Positions 5,415 to 6,532 of a stretch of 6,532 bases of DNA are shown here, piece by piece. Location of the stretch: IMG/VR virus record IMGVR_UViG_2660238548_000019. One strand, 5' to 3'. Origin of the DNA: a virus (Duplodnaviria > Heunggongvirae > Uroviricota > Caudoviricetes). Positions within the stretch are counted from its first letter, which is position 1, and every line of letters begins with the position of its first letter. The translations under genes were made by a program, and so were the position numbers. The notes under the pieces are model-generated. The model did no database searches. It was not told where the DNA came from and saw only the letters and a program-made list of their open reading frames with translations.

Positions 5415-5836
5415 TTTCCCGCACGTCCGGCAAACTGACTGGCCTGTGATCCTGATGGTTCACGCTCAACGTACCTGTCCATTTCCAGCTTTACTCCCTG
5501 CATGATCAACATCCCCTCAATAACACCTTCTGCTTTTTGCAGTACCCGCCCGGCCCAGCAATCAGAGCGCCCATGCTTACGGCCCAGTGACATAAGCGTC
5601 ATCCCGAACACATAATAATCATACAGAAAATCATGCAAATCGCTGTTATTGACGTTCAGTTGCGCCATGCAATTGCTGATAATCAGCGCATCGTCATCGG
5701 TACACTGAGGCCGTGATTTAACCTTTGACGGGATCAGCCCCTTAAATCCGGCGGCAATGGGCGACCAGCTCACATCCTCATGATTATTGGCCACCCATGC
5801 GCCCCAGCGTTCAAGCACCTGCTGAATATCACGCAT
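5411..5836 (-). CDS. Q: late-gene antiterminator Q (phage 82/21-type, QuuD-like)
   Basis: Track ORF 5411..5920; I start it at the internal ATG 5836-5834 ([24 protein letters not shown]...), which overlaps the ninH stop in an ATGCGTGA arrangement. The N-terminal sequence matches my recollection of DLP12 QuuD-type Q proteins. Confidence 0.8.
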   Translation of the reverse strand: MRDIQQVLERWGAWVANNHEDVSWSPIAAGFKGLIPSKVKSRPQCTDDDALIISNCMAQLNVNNSDLHDFLYDYYVFGMTLMSLGRKHGRSDCWAGRVLQKAEGVIEGMLIMQGVKLEMDRYVEREPSGSQASQFAGRAGN

Positions 5837-6029
5837 CAGAGTCTTTCCCCTTATCCCATCCACGGTGAACCATAAGGACACCGTTGACGACGGCGTGCCG
5901 TTTGCCTTCTTTATCGCCAATATATTTTCTGACCGTGTTGCGACTACAGTTCAGTATTCTGGCTACCTCGGTCTGATTTTCATATGCCTCAACGAGCATG
6001 TCAGGAATGGTTTTTACTGTGAACGTCAT
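5829..6029 (-). CDS. ninH: NinH
   Basis: 66 aa, [42 protein letters not shown]..., close to lambda NinH as I recall it. Its start overlaps the ninG stop (ATGA). Confidence 0.8.
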   Translation of the reverse strand: MTFTVKTIPDMLVEAYENQTEVARILNCSRNTVRKYIGDKEGKRHAVVNGVLMVHRGWDKGKDSDA

Positions 6030-6406
6030 GCGGCCTCACTTCTGCTGTTTCGCAGGTCTTTAAGTTTCTGCTGATACTTCGCCTTGATGGCCCTGCACTC
6101 TTCGACAGTCCAGCGATGGCGGTTATGGTTTGATTCGATTTCGTCTACTGCTTCCTGCCCGATGCGGCTAATCAGTTCGACGCGATACGGAACGAGATTT
6201 CCGCTTTTGTGCTGGTTGCACACCACGCATTGCTTGTGAATATTGCGTTCATCAAATCGGAGTTGAGGTGCCGCAGCAGTTGTCCGGTAATGTCCGGCAT
6301 CCCACTGAGCAGACGTGAGCGTTCCGCACGAGATACATGGTAAGTCGCGGTCTCTTTCTCTGACGAAGGCGTTTACGGCTTGTTGGGCTTGTTTAATCCA
6401 GTAACT
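6026..6406 (-). pseudogene. ninG: ninG (rap) 5'-truncated by an IS insertion; only the C-terminal part remains
   Basis: From [43 protein letters not shown]... to the end matches the C-terminal part of lambda NinG as I recall it. The first 16 residues of the track ORF ([16 protein letters not shown]) are read out of the IS end and are not NinG. Confidence 0.75.
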
Positions 6407-6532
6407 GAGGTAGCCTGAGTTTAACGGACACTCCTTCCTGAAATAGAATGGCATCAGAAGGAGCTAATAATGAGCAGAAAAACCCAACGTTACTCTAAAG
6501 AGTTCAAAGCCGAAGCTGTCAGAACGGTTCTT
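6406..6532 (+). mobile_element. left end of an IS3-family insertion sequence (continues beyond the window)
   Basis: Sequence from about 6406 (TGAGGTAGCCTGAGTTTAACGGACAC...) runs into an OrfA start with GAAGGAG RBS. The boundary is placed where NinG homology stops; the exact end is uncertain by a few bases. It may be IS600-like, but that name is from memory only. Confidence 0.6.
6470..6532 (+). CDS. IS3-family transposase OrfA, N-terminal 21 codons (partial)
   Basis: ATG 6470 preceded by AGGAG; translation MSRKTQRYSKEFKAEAVRTVL is a typical start of an IS3-family OrfA helix-turn-helix protein. Confidence 0.7.
   Translation, partial: MSRKTQRYSKEFKAEAVRTVL

Noticed and set aside
5865-6074. Plus-strand track ORF (69 aa) opposite ninH and ninG
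   Set aside because: Antisense shadow of two well-supported phage genes.

Overview
Every gene I can support is on the minus strand. The window reads as a lambdoid prophage segment from an E. coli-like genome. In minus-strand order: ninG (truncated at an IS3-family insertion at the window edge), ninH, antiterminator Q, then about 4 kb of visibly AT-rich cargo, then a phage tRNA trio Ile(CAU)-Arg(UCG)-Arg(UCU), a TerB-like gene and a small coupled hydrophobic ORF. The cargo holds a hok-type toxin locus and a two-gene restriction-modification-like module. Its large gene (653 aa) combines an N-terminal PD-x17-ExK nuclease-like motif with a gamma-class N6-adenine methyltransferase; the small gene (364 aa) is a two-TRD specificity protein. 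That architecture resembles Type IIB enzymes such as BcgI A/B. Two things stand out. First, 20 perfect tandem copies of the heptamer GCTGGTC sit inside the 5' end of the large gene and put the best upstream ATG out of frame, which looks like a slipped-strand phase-variation switch in the OFF state. Second, the junction between the two genes carries a G_GGA_AAG heptamer, the stop codon, a 6-nt spacer and a 12-bp hairpin, and the -1 frame is exactly the specificity-gene frame, suggesting programmed -1 frameshifting. All protein identifications come from motifs I read in the translations and from recalled family features; no database search or computation was run.
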